A stretch of 64,000 bases of DNA from Candidatus Latescibacterota bacterium (GTDB lineage: Bacteria > Latescibacterota > UBA2968 > GCA-2709665): positions 11,916 to 75,915 of the forward strand of contig CAXXJS010000011.1 in NCBI GenBank assembly GCA_963662665.2, given 5' to 3'. The notes under the pieces were generated by a model. The model was not told where the DNA came from. It saw only the letters and a program-made list of their open reading frames with translations, and made no database searches. This document shows, piece after piece, positions 29,550-39,252 of the stretch. Each line of letters starts with the position of its first letter. Position 1 is the stretch's first letter. Position numbers and translations under genes: made by a program.

Positions 29550-31133
29550 ATGATTGGACAGAAGACCACGCATGAATGGATCCCTGCGATTCGAGGCCGG
29601 AACGACGATCTGATCTCCCGCCTTCGGTCCATCTACGGCAATAGCGAGGAACTTGTCGAAGAACGTCTCGGCGCCCTCCTGGAAACCGCGGTGCGATTCA
29701 GGGAGGCCTACGGCGACAGGGACGTCAGTTTCGTCAGGGCGCCGGGCCGGTTGAACACGGTCGGGATGCACGCCGACCACCGGGGCGCCTTCATCAACCC
29801 TATCTCCCTGGACAAAGAGATTCTCATCTGTTTTTCCCGGAGAGACGACGGCCGGGTGGAAGTCCGGAATCTAAATTCGGCCTATGGAACCCGACGTTTC
29901 CATTTGTCCGATACGTATCCGAACGTACCGATCCGTTCGGATGCCGAGTGGCTGGATTGGACGCAGGAAAAAACCGACGAACGCAAGGCTGCCGGCGTGA
30001 ACGAAGACTGGGTGACCAAACTTCAAGCGCCGCCGGCCTTCCTGCACACTCGCTATCCCGGGAAGCAACTGCGCGGCTTCGACGGGGTCATGGGCAGCAG
30101 CCTACCCGACATGGGCGGCCTGAGCTCTTCGTCCGCGGTTGTCGTCGCGACGACGGAGATCATGACGCACGTCAACGATATCGATCTGGACGACGGGCAG
30201 TTCGTGAGGTACGCGGGTACCGCGGAATGGTACGTGGGGACCCGCGGCGGTTTCGGCGACCACGCCGCGATCAAGTGCGGACGTCTGGGTAAAATCACGC
30301 ATATGAAGACCCTTCCGGAATTGATGATCGACGCGTACCTGCCGTTCCCCAACGGCTATCAGATCATCATCTTCGACTCTGGTATCCAGGCCAACAAAAC
30401 CGGTGGGGCCGGCCAGAAATTCAACGAAAAGACGGCAACCTACGAGATCGGCGAGATCTATCTCAGAAACTACCTGGAAACCCGCCATCCGGAAGCCATC
30501 CGGGGGGTTGTGGAGGCCAGGAGGGATCTGGATATTGAGAAGAAGTTCCATCTCGGCGACGTCGTGGAATGCCTGGAACAGCCCGAAATCTACCTGTTGA
30601 TACAATCCCTGCCGGAACGGATCGACCGGCGCGGGCTGCTGAGCCAGCTTCCGGAGGAGGAACGCTTACTGCAACAGCAGTTCGCCACCCACGACGAACC
30701 GGCGGACGGTTACCGGATTCGCCTGGTCATCGCATACGGCATCTCCGAATCGGCCCGCAGCATGAAGCTGAAGGACGTTCTGAACCGGAACCGCGTGGAC
30801 CTCTACGGCGAATTGATGAACGTCTCCCATGACGGCGACCGCATCGACCTGAACGCGCCTCGATTCGACCCGAAAAAAGACCTCCAACTCCAGCCGGGCG
30901 ACTACAATTGCAGCATCCCCGAAATCGATGAGATGGTCGATATCGCACTGGACGCGGGCGCTGAAGGCGCACAGATTTCCGGCGCCGGACTGGGTGGCAG
31001 CATGATGGTCCTGGTATCGACAGAAGGCGTGCAGAGTATCATCGAGGCCATGCGAAACAGGTACTACGAGCCACAGGGGATCGAGGAACGACTGACCGTT
31101 GCGTCTCCCGTTCAGGGGGCAGGGGTGTTGTAG
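29550..31133 (+). CDS. Galactokinase-like GHMP sugar kinase
   Basis: RAPGRLNTVGMHADH, GGLSSSSAVVVA, GTRGGFGDH and GAQISGAGLGG. Confidence 0.85.
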   Translation: MIGQKTTHEWIPAIRGRNDDLISRLRSIYGNSEELVEERLGALLETAVRFREAYGDRDVSFVRAPGRLNTVGMHADHRGAFINPISLDKEILICFSRRDDGRVEVRNLNSAYGTRRFHLSDTYPNVPIRSDAEWLDWTQEKTDERKAAGVNEDWVTKLQAPPAFLHTRYPGKQLRGFDGVMGSSLPDMGGLSSSSAVVVATTEIMTHVNDIDLDDGQFVRYAGTAEWYVGTRGGFGDHAAIKCGRLGKITHMKTLPELMIDAYLPFPNGYQIIIFDSGIQANKTGGAGQKFNEKTATYEIGEIYLRNYLETRHPEAIRGVVEARRDLDIEKKFHLGDVVECLEQPEIYLLIQSLPERIDRRGLLSQLPEEERLLQQQFATHDEPADGYRIRLVIAYGISESARSMKLKDVLNRNRVDLYGELMNVSHDGDRIDLNAPRFDPKKDLQLQPGDYNCSIPEIDEMVDIALDAGAEGAQISGAGLGGSMMVLVSTEGVQSIIEAMRNRYYEPQGIEERLTVASPVQGAGVL

Positions 31134-31161
31134 GGTGGCATGTCCCACTTGCGACAGAATC

Positions 31162-31198
31162 AAAAAAGAGGAGCCGGAAAATCCGGCTCCTCTTTTTT
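31162..31198. terminator. Bidirectional intrinsic terminator
   Basis: AAAAAAGAGGAGCCGGA-AAA-TCCGGCTCCTCTTTTTT between convergent genes. Confidence 0.9.
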
Positions 31199-31228
31199 AT
31201 TGTGCAACAGCCCGGTAAACCTTCTATT

Positions 31229-31495
31229 TTATGCGACCCGTTCGTCGAAAGCCCGTTCAAGCTCCTTTGCCACCGCCAGCAGAACCGCCTGCGGGTCGCC
31301 CGGACGCTCCTGCCGTTCGCTCCATTGCCAGTGCGCCAGGTACGCGTCCGTTCCGGCCAGACCCTCCTTCATCGCACGCCGGTCTATCGCCTCCTGGTAT
31401 TTCGACGGCATCTGCCGCGAAACCCGCCGCTTCCCGTGGAACACCCGCACCTGGGCGGGGATGTCTTTCCAGTAGAGTACCTGGTATTCGGCCAT
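31229..31495 (-). CDS. 'Virulence factor' domain small protein (commonly found in corrinoid methyltransferase clusters)
   Basis: YQVLYWKDIPAQV...YQEAIDRRAM..GL.GTDAYLAHW. Confidence 0.85.
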   Translation of the reverse strand: MAEYQVLYWKDIPAQVRVFHGKRRVSRQMPSKYQEAIDRRAMKEGLAGTDAYLAHWQWSERQERPGDPQAVLLAVAKELERAFDERVA

Positions 31496-31498
31496 CGG

Positions 31499-32578
31499 TC
31501 ACCCATTCTCCCTACGTCCGTTCCCTTCGTCTTGCCGGCTGTCGACGCCGGAAAAATCGCCGCCGCTCCCGTTCTTCCCTTGCTCCCCGTTCACCATCCG
31601 CCGGAAAGCCCGGATATGCGACGGCCCCGTCCCGCAACAACCGCCAACAATGTAGGCGCCCGCGACGATCAGATCGGGGACAGCCAACGCCATGTCCTCC
31701 GCGGTCTGGGTATACGTGGTCCGACCGGTCTTTCGTTCCAGTTGCGGGAGTCCCGCGTTCGGATAGGCCATCAACCGGATCCCGTTGATGCCCCTCGCCT
31801 CGAACGCCTCCCGGAACTGCCGGATCCCATTGATTGCGTAAGACATCCCCGTGTGTTCCACGCGCCGCGTCTCGGCGCCGCAGTTCATTCCGATGACATG
31901 CACGTGATCCAGCAGATTGTCCCCACCCGAAAATTCTCCGGAACCCAGAAAATCCACGAGATTCTCCGCAGAATGCCCCCAGTCCGTCCGATAGATCACC
32001 TCGCCGGTCTTACGGTCCTTTGTATACTTACACGTCAGATTTACGGCAATGGGCAAGCCGGTCTTCCTGGCCACGTCCGCCGCAATGGCGGCCTCCTTCG
32101 CGGAAAACATGGTCTCGATACAGATCAGGTCCACCCCGGCCGCCGCCAGCGCGTGGATCACCTGCTCGTGCGCGGCCCTCACTTTCACGTCCGCGATTCC
32201 GAAGTCCGTATCCCCCGCGTCCGACTCGATAGCCCCCGGGGACGGGCCGATAGAGCCCGCAATATAGACGTCCTTACCGCTTTTTTCAGCCGCCGTTCTC
32301 GCGTGTTCCATGGCCAGCCGGGCGATCGCCCCGGCCTCGGCCCCCGTTTTGCCCGCCATTTCCAGGTGAAGCGGCGAAGCGACAAAGGTATTGGTACCTA
32401 TAACGTCGGTTCCCATTTCAATATAGGCTGAATGGATATCCACCACCGCGGCCGGATGCAGTTCATTCGCCAGCGCGCTGTTCGTCAATTCGATACGCCC
32501 CTTGAACAGCTCCGAGCCGAAACCCCCGTCGTAAACCATTGGCCTGGAATCTTCCAGGCGTTCGAGAAATGTCTTCAT
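31499..32578 (-). CDS. Homocysteine S-methyltransferase (stand-alone MetH Hcy-binding module)
   Basis: DGGFGSEL, TNTF, IETM, GMNC, YPNAGLP and VGGCCGTGPSHI. Confidence 0.9.
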   Translation of the reverse strand: MKTFLERLEDSRPMVYDGGFGSELFKGRIELTNSALANELHPAAVVDIHSAYIEMGTDVIGTNTFVASPLHLEMAGKTGAEAGAIARLAMEHARTAAEKSGKDVYIAGSIGPSPGAIESDAGDTDFGIADVKVRAAHEQVIHALAAAGVDLICIETMFSAKEAAIAADVARKTGLPIAVNLTCKYTKDRKTGEVIYRTDWGHSAENLVDFLGSGEFSGGDNLLDHVHVIGMNCGAETRRVEHTGMSYAINGIRQFREAFEARGINGIRLMAYPNAGLPQLERKTGRTTYTQTAEDMALAVPDLIVAGAYIVGGCCGTGPSHIRAFRRMVNGEQGKNGSGGDFSGVDSRQDEGNGRRENG

Positions 32579-32605
32579 TTCCTCCCTGTTTCCTCCTGTG
32601 GTGGT

Positions 32606-33652
32606 TTAACGATACACGTCCAGCGCGCCTTTGCGGTAGGCACGCAGAAAACTCTTGCACATCCGGTCTCTTCCGAGGAGCATATCTTCCGCGAGCCGGT
32701 AGGGTTCCGTCTCCCGGTCCATGGAAAAAACACTCTGCGGGCTGCTGGTTACCGGATCGATAATCCCGCTGTCCGCACCCGCCTCGACGGCCAGAATCGT
32801 AAACACGTCGTTGATGAGACGCCGGCACGGCAGCCCGAAAGACACGTTGCTGAACCCTCCCGTGACGTGAATCCCGGGTCCGAAATCCGCGCGGAGCCGT
32901 CGAATGGCCTCGAAGCAGTGGTTGCCGAAACCGCCGTCCACGGAAATGGGAAAGACCAGGGCATCCACGAAGATATCCTCAATCGCGATCCCCCTGGACA
33001 GCGCCGCGTCCACCATACGGGACGCATTGGCGACGCGCTCCGCGGCGTCCTGTGGCATCCCGCTCTCGCCCGCGGCGGTCACGACAACCCGCGCGTGGTA
33101 CCGCCTCGCAAGATCCAGCGCCTCGAGACGTTCCAGCGAGGCCGAATTCAGCAGCGGCCGCCCGGCCCCGCCGTCGCAGGCCTCGAGCCCCACCTGAATC
33201 GTCTCCACGTTGGAGGAGTCCACGGACAGCGGCACCGGGCTGACTTCCTGCACGGCGTCCACCAGCCACCGCATGGCCTTCTTCTGCTCGTCGAGGCGCA
33301 ATGAGATTTCATCCACGTTCAGATCCAGGTAATCCGCCCCCGCGTCCACCTGGCGCTGAACCAGCCGGTGCAGGTAGGCCAGGCCGTCATCCGCCTGTGG
33401 CGCCTCGCCGGACATCGCCGCCTGCAGAGCAATCTTGACTTGTTTAACGCGGCCTTCCTCGTAATCCTGCGTCTTCTTGACATCCTCGGGAATCACCAGG
33501 AAGCGCCGTTTCTTCCGGGTGTCATAATAGCGGACGGCTTCCACCCCCTCGCGGTTCTCCACGACGAGCCGTCCCTTTCTGAGCACAACCCGGGTGGTAT
33601 GGATGTTTTCGCCGACAACGACAAATTCGCCGTCCCGGCCGTCCAGTTTCAT
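32606..33652 (-). CDS. Methyltetrahydrofolate:corrinoid methyltransferase (pterin-binding, AcsE-like)
   Basis: VVGENI, QVDAGADYLDLNV, PLSVDSSN and GGFSNVSFGLP. Confidence 0.88.
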   Translation of the reverse strand: MKLDGRDGEFVVVGENIHTTRVVLRKGRLVVENREGVEAVRYYDTRKKRRFLVIPEDVKKTQDYEEGRVKQVKIALQAAMSGEAPQADDGLAYLHRLVQRQVDAGADYLDLNVDEISLRLDEQKKAMRWLVDAVQEVSPVPLSVDSSNVETIQVGLEACDGGAGRPLLNSASLERLEALDLARRYHARVVVTAAGESGMPQDAAERVANASRMVDAALSRGIAIEDIFVDALVFPISVDGGFGNHCFEAIRRLRADFGPGIHVTGGFSNVSFGLPCRRLINDVFTILAVEAGADSGIIDPVTSSPQSVFSMDRETEPYRLAEDMLLGRDRMCKSFLRAYRKGALDVYR

Positions 33653-33662
33653 CGTGTCCGCC

Positions 33663-35264
33663 TCATTTCACGCGGGCGTGGTGGTCCCGCTCCAGAAACG
33701 CGTTTGCCCAGGCGCTGGTGCCTTTAAGGGCGCCGTCCCTGAAGACCACGGGCCCGTCCAGCATCTTCTCTTCCTCTCCGTATGCCTTCAGCCGTTCGTA
33801 GGCCAGCGACCAGATGCATTCCTTCTCCCCCACTTCGCACTGACCCCCACGGGTCCCGCCGCAGGGACCGTTTCGCTGGTTCTTAACGCACTGCGACTCC
33901 GGACAGAGGAACGCGATATCCGGCAACGAACAATCGCCGCAGTCCCGGCAGTCGAAGCCCGGTATCTTCACCGCCTGTTCGGCGCCATGCACCGCCCTGC
34001 GGATCCCGCTTCCGGCGCGGTCGACAGCCTCGAAAATCTTTCTGCCGATGCGAAAGGCCGGGCGATCCTTCTCGAAGACCTGTTCGTGCACGAAACGGTT
34101 CATCTTGTAGCCCGCGGAAACGCGACCCCTGCAGGCCCTCAACACGTCTGGTTGTTTTGAATGGCGATACCGGAGGCTGACCTCGTCCGAACTCAGACCC
34201 GTGTCCCTGTCGGGCTCAAAGAAGAAGAACTCTTCCGGCTGGTGGAAGCAAATTTCGGAAACGAAGTCTTTCCAGTCCGCGTTTCCGAAGCCGCCCGAGA
34301 TCTCGAGGATCCGCGCAAAGTCCTCGAACTTCAGGTGCCCGCCAAGGTACACGCCGCGATACCCCAGTCCCCTGGCGATCGCGCACTGCTTCGCGGCAAA
34401 CTCCAGGAAGAAGGCCTTGCCCTTATCGCGGGAGCGGGCGTGTTTCCGCGTGAGTTCCAACAATTCGTCGGTTACGATCACGCCGGGGATATTTCCCGCA
34501 TGGAAAAATCCGGCCAAGGCGGGGCTCAGCACGTACACGTTTGCAATCGCCGGCGTGCGGAGGCCGTTACGGGCCATGTACTTCAACAGTTCGTCCTGCT
34601 TGCGGGCGTCGTACCCGATCTGGCTGATGATGAATCCTGCGCCGTTCCTGATCTTTTTCGCAAGTTTGAAATATTGCGGCATCACCTCGCGTTCATGTCG
34701 CTTGTGGTTGTTTACCACGGCGCCAGGGAAGAATCGGGTGGGCTTGAGGACCTGATCGCCTCTGGCGCCTTCGAAGCGCATCCCGGAGTTCATGTCCGAA
34801 AACATCTTCAACAGGCCCACGGAATCCGTATCGAAAACGCCGCCTGCCTGTCCCCGATATCCACCCGCGGGATAGTCGCCCGACAGCGCCAGCACGTTTT
34901 CGAATCCTTCGCTCGCGAGTTCCCAGCCCCTGCTCAACAGCGCGTTCCGGTTCCAGTCCTTGCACGAAATGTGAATGATCACCTCTTGTCCTCTGCCCAA
35001 CAGGTCAATACCCATCGTATCCGGGCTGTTCGTTGCGTTTCCGCCCGGATTGTCGGTGATGCTCAGCGCGTGCACGCCCGGATGGTCGGAAAGCGCACGT
35101 GCGAGGTCCAGAACGTGGCGTCCGCGGCGCTCGGTGATCACGCCCCGGGAATTGACCAGTTCCACGCAGACCACGAACTCGTCGGTTTCCTCGAGCAGAT
35201 GGCGCAGGGAGTGCTTCTTCCCGTCACCGCGCGCCGGATTGGATTTTTTGGAAACTATCGCCAT
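33663..35264 (-). CDS. metF: Methylenetetrahydrofolate reductase with fused C-terminal MetV-like Cys-rich domain
   Basis: ITDNPGG, HISCKDWNR, LALSGD and KKIRNGAGFIISQ; C-terminal CRDCGDC...CPESQCVKNQRNGPCGG...CEV...CIW. Confidence 0.85.
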   Translation of the reverse strand: MAIVSKKSNPARGDGKKHSLRHLLEETDEFVVCVELVNSRGVITERRGRHVLDLARALSDHPGVHALSITDNPGGNATNSPDTMGIDLLGRGQEVIIHISCKDWNRNALLSRGWELASEGFENVLALSGDYPAGGYRGQAGGVFDTDSVGLLKMFSDMNSGMRFEGARGDQVLKPTRFFPGAVVNNHKRHEREVMPQYFKLAKKIRNGAGFIISQIGYDARKQDELLKYMARNGLRTPAIANVYVLSPALAGFFHAGNIPGVIVTDELLELTRKHARSRDKGKAFFLEFAAKQCAIARGLGYRGVYLGGHLKFEDFARILEISGGFGNADWKDFVSEICFHQPEEFFFFEPDRDTGLSSDEVSLRYRHSKQPDVLRACRGRVSAGYKMNRFVHEQVFEKDRPAFRIGRKIFEAVDRAGSGIRRAVHGAEQAVKIPGFDCRDCGDCSLPDIAFLCPESQCVKNQRNGPCGGTRGGQCEVGEKECIWSLAYERLKAYGEEEKMLDGPVVFRDGALKGTSAWANAFLERDHHARVK

Positions 35265-35456
35265 GCGAATATGCTCGTGTTGTTACGCGGCACTCGTGTC
35301 CGGTCCGGAGGCCCCTCCCCCGGCCCCTCGAAGGCGGGGAGAGGGCAGACGGAAGAGGGTAGAGATTACCTGCCTTGTGAGGTTTCCTTTCGTGCCGGAG
35401 GCAAGAAGGAATAACATGCAGGGCGAAGATTTCCTCTACCGGCTTCCCTCTTACTT

Positions 35457-37089
35457 CTACCCGATTCTTCCGCTTCTCGAAACAGGCATGGGCTTGAACT
35501 GGCAGCCTTCCACGAACACCTCGAAGAAATCCGGTGTCGTCTCGAGCTCGACGTGTTCGATCTCTTTCACCAGCGCCTCCACGTGCGCCCGTTTTTTCCC
35601 GCGAGAGCAACACCTCACGCGCTCCCTGCACCGCCGCGTTCCCGATCTTCACCACGCGGTCTTCGTCGACCGGCGCCAGGAACCCGATCTCGATCGCATT
35701 CCGGACGTCCACGTAATTCGCGAATCCTCCCGCCAGGTAGAGCGTGTCGATATCTTCCGGACCGACCCCGAGGTGTCGCATCAGGATGAACTGCCCGCAG
35801 AAATTCGCAGCCTTGGCCTGGGCCAGATTGCTGGCGTCTTCGCGCGACAGCGTGATCCCGTAATCCGAAACAACCGGTATCTCAAAGGACCGGTCCGCGA
35901 ACATCCCCTTCGGCGCCATGAGATCGTGCCGCCGGAGTTCCGCGAGCAGATCGATCAACCCGGACCCGCATATTCCCTCCGGATCGACGTTTCCGATGGT
36001 CTGGAACTGGAACAAGCCGTCCTCCAGGCGGATCGACTCGATGGCGCCTTCATGGCCGGGCATCCCGAACCGGACCAGCCCGCCCTCGAACGCGGGCCCG
36101 GCCGGACAGGAGGCGGTGAGAAGCCGGCCGTTACATGCGACCACCACCTCGGTATTGGTCCCTACGTCCACCAGCATCACCACGCCATCCTGTGACGTCA
36201 GGTCCGTCGCCACGAGGTCCGCCGCGGTATCCGCCCCAACGTGGCTGGCGATCAGGGGCAACCCGTAGACCCTCGCCTTCGGATTGGCGCGAAGACCCAG
36301 GCGCCGGGAACCCTCAAACAGCGACGTCGTCTCCCGTTCGCCCAGCAGACAGGCATGCTCCACGCCTGACTTGTACGGTCTCTGGCCGATGCTCTGCACG
36401 TCCAGCTTGAAAAAGATGTCCCGCATCGTGGAGTTCGCCGCGACAACCACCTCGTAAATTTCCTGGCGCGCAAACCCGAAGCGTTTTCCCAGTTCGAGGA
36501 TTTCGTGGTTGATCGCGCTGACAACGGCCTTCTGCAGTTCGCCCTGAAACTCCCCGTCGTATGAGATGCGGTGCATTACATCGCTGCCGCCGAAACGCTG
36601 CGGATTCTCGAACGAACTCACGTGGATGCTTTTTCCGGTGGCCAGGTCCACAAGATCCATCACCACCGTTGTCGTGCCCAGGTCGATCGCGATGCCGAAC
36701 ACGTGGCCACGATACCTGTCAACGGCCGCGCCGTCATAATAAACAACGTCCCCCCGGCGCGTGACCAGGGGGTCCGGATCGATTGGTCTTTCCAGGGTAC
36801 TGGATAGAATCTTGGGCTTGCGTCTCAGCGGCGAGAACTCGATGTCGGCCCCGGCGTCTTCAATCACCGCCTGGCAGGCGAGGCGGTAGTTCTCCCGCAG
36901 GAACGACTCCACGTCGTTCCTGGGCCCCAGCGCGTCCATGCCGCGCCTGATTTCAACCACGCACTCGTGGCAGTGCCCCATACGCCCGCAAGACGTGGGC
37001 ACCTGCACCGCCAGTTCATCCGCATAGTCGAAAACCGTCTTCCCGGCAGCCAGCGTCTTCCTGTTCCCCTCGTGAGTTATGGTACCCAT
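35457..37089 (-). CDS. ASKHA-fold reductive activator of corrinoid proteins (RACo/RamA-like, 2Fe-2S); apparent 1-nt frameshift near the 3' end
   Basis: SCGRMGHCHEC...RLACQ, IDLGTTT, DVGTNTE, AGPAFEG, GICGSG and AGGFAN. The native-looking C-terminus continues in another frame after the A6 tract at 35592-35597. Confidence 0.85.
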
Positions 37090-37094
37090 GCGTT

Positions 37095-37382
37095 CTATTC
37101 GCCGCCTCCGACGAACGCGCCGTGTTTCGCCTCCGTTTCCCACGCGCCGCGATAGTCCAGCTTGTCGTCTCCGCCGCACATCAGCAGCGTTCCGCCCGGA
37201 CGGGGTTTTCGCTGATTTCTGCAGCCGAATCTGGCCGTACACTCGTCGAAACGGTTCTTGTACGGGCAGCGCACGGTGGAGAGTTCATCGGCATGGGCAA
37301 TCATGCCCGCGAAGAGTTCCGTGATCCTGTCAAGTCGCTTCTGATATTCCTCTTTGTCGATTTTCCGCACGGTTTGGCTCAC
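37095..37382 (-). CDS. Small Cys-rich hypothetical protein (95 aa)
   Basis: GTG start overlaps the TGA of the upstream gene (GTGA). Sequence includes RCPYKNRFDECTARFGCRNQ...LMCGGDDKLDY. Confidence 0.7.
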   Translation of the reverse strand: MSQTVRKIDKEEYQKRLDRITELFAGMIAHADELSTVRCPYKNRFDECTARFGCRNQRKPRPGGTLLMCGGDDKLDYRGAWETEAKHGAFVGGGE

Positions 37383-38149
37383 GCGTTCAGGTTGGTCTCT
37401 TCCTTCATCTCGTCCAGCAGACGTTTGGCCAGGTCCACGCACGCCATCGCATCCTTGCCGTACCCGTCGGCGCCCATATCGTCGGCGAATTCCTGGGTGA
37501 CGGGTGCGCCCCCCACCATAATTTTCACGTCTTCCCGCAAGTCGGCATCGATGAATGCCTCGATTGTTTTGCCCATGTTGGGCATGGTTGTCGTCAGCAG
37601 CGCCGACATCCCCAAAAGCGGCGCGCCGTGTTCCTCCACGGCATCCATAAATTCGTCTTCCGACGTGTCCACTCCCAGATCGTGGACGACAAAACCGGAG
37701 CCGCGAAGCATCATAATGCAGAGATTCTTTCCAATGTCGTGCAGGTCGCCCTTCACCGTGCCCATAATGACCGTCCCGATCGGCTCGATGCCCGACGCGG
37801 AGAGAATGGGTTCGATATAGGCCATGCCGGCTTTCATCGCCCGGGCGCAAGCCAGCACTTCCGGAACGAAGATGAAGTTCTCCCGAAACTTGATGCCCAC
37901 AATTCCCATTCCGGCGATCAGCCCGTCGTCCATGACCTCCAGCGCTTCGGTGCCGGCATCCAGGGCGCCTTTGGTCAGCGCGTCGACCTCATGATGGTCT
38001 CCGTCGATCAGTGCCGCGGCAATCGCCTGCATTTCGGGACTCACCCGGGCAAACGTGTCGATTGCCCGTTCCCGTTCGTCTTTCCGTTCAAGAAACTCTT
38101 CGATCTCATCACGGATGAATTCGTTTACGATATCAGAGATATCCGCCAT
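37379..38149 (-). CDS. Corrinoid (B12)-binding protein
   Basis: Cap domain GLIAGMGIVG...FVPEVL and GTVKGDLHDIGKNL (DxHxxG), plus SALLTTT and MVGGAPVT. Confidence 0.95.
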   Translation of the reverse strand: MADISDIVNEFIRDEIEEFLERKDERERAIDTFARVSPEMQAIAAALIDGDHHEVDALTKGALDAGTEALEVMDDGLIAGMGIVGIKFRENFIFVPEVLACARAMKAGMAYIEPILSASGIEPIGTVIMGTVKGDLHDIGKNLCIMMLRGSGFVVHDLGVDTSEDEFMDAVEEHGAPLLGMSALLTTTMPNMGKTIEAFIDADLREDVKIMVGGAPVTQEFADDMGADGYGKDAMACVDLAKRLLDEMKEETNLNA

Positions 38150-38164
38150 TACGTTCTCGCCCCT

Positions 38165-39217
38165 TTATCCTGCCGGCATCGCCCGCTCCCGGTGCCAGTC
38201 CCGCACAGCCCCGGGAATTTCCTTCAGGTTTTCGATGGACGTCTGCAACGGTATCGCGCACTCGGGACCAACGAGATGCACACCCGCGTCCAGATTCCTG
38301 ATGACCTCCTGGCGGACCGCTTCAGGCCCTTTTGAAAACAGCGTTTCAGGATTGTTGATGTTGCCCACCAGCGAGATCCGCTCCGCGACCGCTTCCATGG
38401 ATTCTCCGGGCTCGTTCTTCGAGTCGTAATGGAACGCGGACATCCCCGTCTGCGCGATATATTCCATCCGATCCACCGTCCGCCCGCAGATGTGCAGAAT
38501 CAGCGGAATCGGAATTCGCTCCACGAACTCGATGTGCAGATCGCGCAGATACCGCTTGTAATACTCCCCGCTCACCAGGTCCCCGGTTGCGTGATCCGGC
38601 AGCGTGAGTGCATCCGCACCCGCTTCGATCTGCGCCACACCGAAGTCCACCGTTACTTCCTTCATCCTGTCCAGGCATGCCTTCGTTTTGTCCGGGTCGT
38701 CCAGCGACATCAACAGAAAGGGTTCCACTCCGAAGCAGTGATATCCCAGCGACCACGGGCCCATTGTTTTCCCGATGACGGCCACCTCATCCCCGAATTC
38801 CTTTTTCAGAATCCGGATCGCATCCAACACGCACTTCGTATCCTGGTGCGTGAGAAGGCCGGGGGGAACCTGAATGTCGTCCACGTCTTCCCAGATGGGC
38901 TCGCGCATCTTCACGGTGGGCCAGTTGTCTTTCTGCTCCCATTGAATCCTGCAACCCAGCGCCGACGACTCCTGGATAATCGTGAATACGGGCATGATCG
39001 AGTCGAACCCCAACTCCGTATGTCCGGTGGCGGCCAGCCGCGCCATCAATTCCGGGTTCCGGTTCGCATCCGGGAAAGGCGCGTCCACGAGATCCATCAA
39101 TTCCACAGTTGCCACCGACGTTGGATTGCACACGGGCGTCCGGTCTACCGGCTCTCTGTTCAGCGCCGCCAGAACGCGCTCGCGGCAGGTCATTGGACCC
39201 ACTGTTTGAGTCCCCAT
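38165..39217 (-). CDS. MtaA/CmuA-family (UroD fold) corrinoid methyltransferase
   Basis: ERVLAALNREPVDRTPV, ILHICG (HxC), VGNINNP and GPECAIP. Confidence 0.9.
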   Translation of the reverse strand: MGTQTVGPMTCRERVLAALNREPVDRTPVCNPTSVATVELMDLVDAPFPDANRNPELMARLAATGHTELGFDSIMPVFTIIQESSALGCRIQWEQKDNWPTVKMREPIWEDVDDIQVPPGLLTHQDTKCVLDAIRILKKEFGDEVAVIGKTMGPWSLGYHCFGVEPFLLMSLDDPDKTKACLDRMKEVTVDFGVAQIEAGADALTLPDHATGDLVSGEYYKRYLRDLHIEFVERIPIPLILHICGRTVDRMEYIAQTGMSAFHYDSKNEPGESMEAVAERISLVGNINNPETLFSKGPEAVRQEVIRNLDAGVHLVGPECAIPLQTSIENLKEIPGAVRDWHRERAMPAG

Positions 39218-39252
39218 ATCCGATTCTCCTGTGCAAAACCCTGTTTGTGTTG

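Noticed and set aside
35591-35600. Programmed -1 ribosomal frameshift at G-GGA-AAA in RACo
   Set aside because: The native-looking C-terminus needs a +1 shift (loss of one base), not -1.
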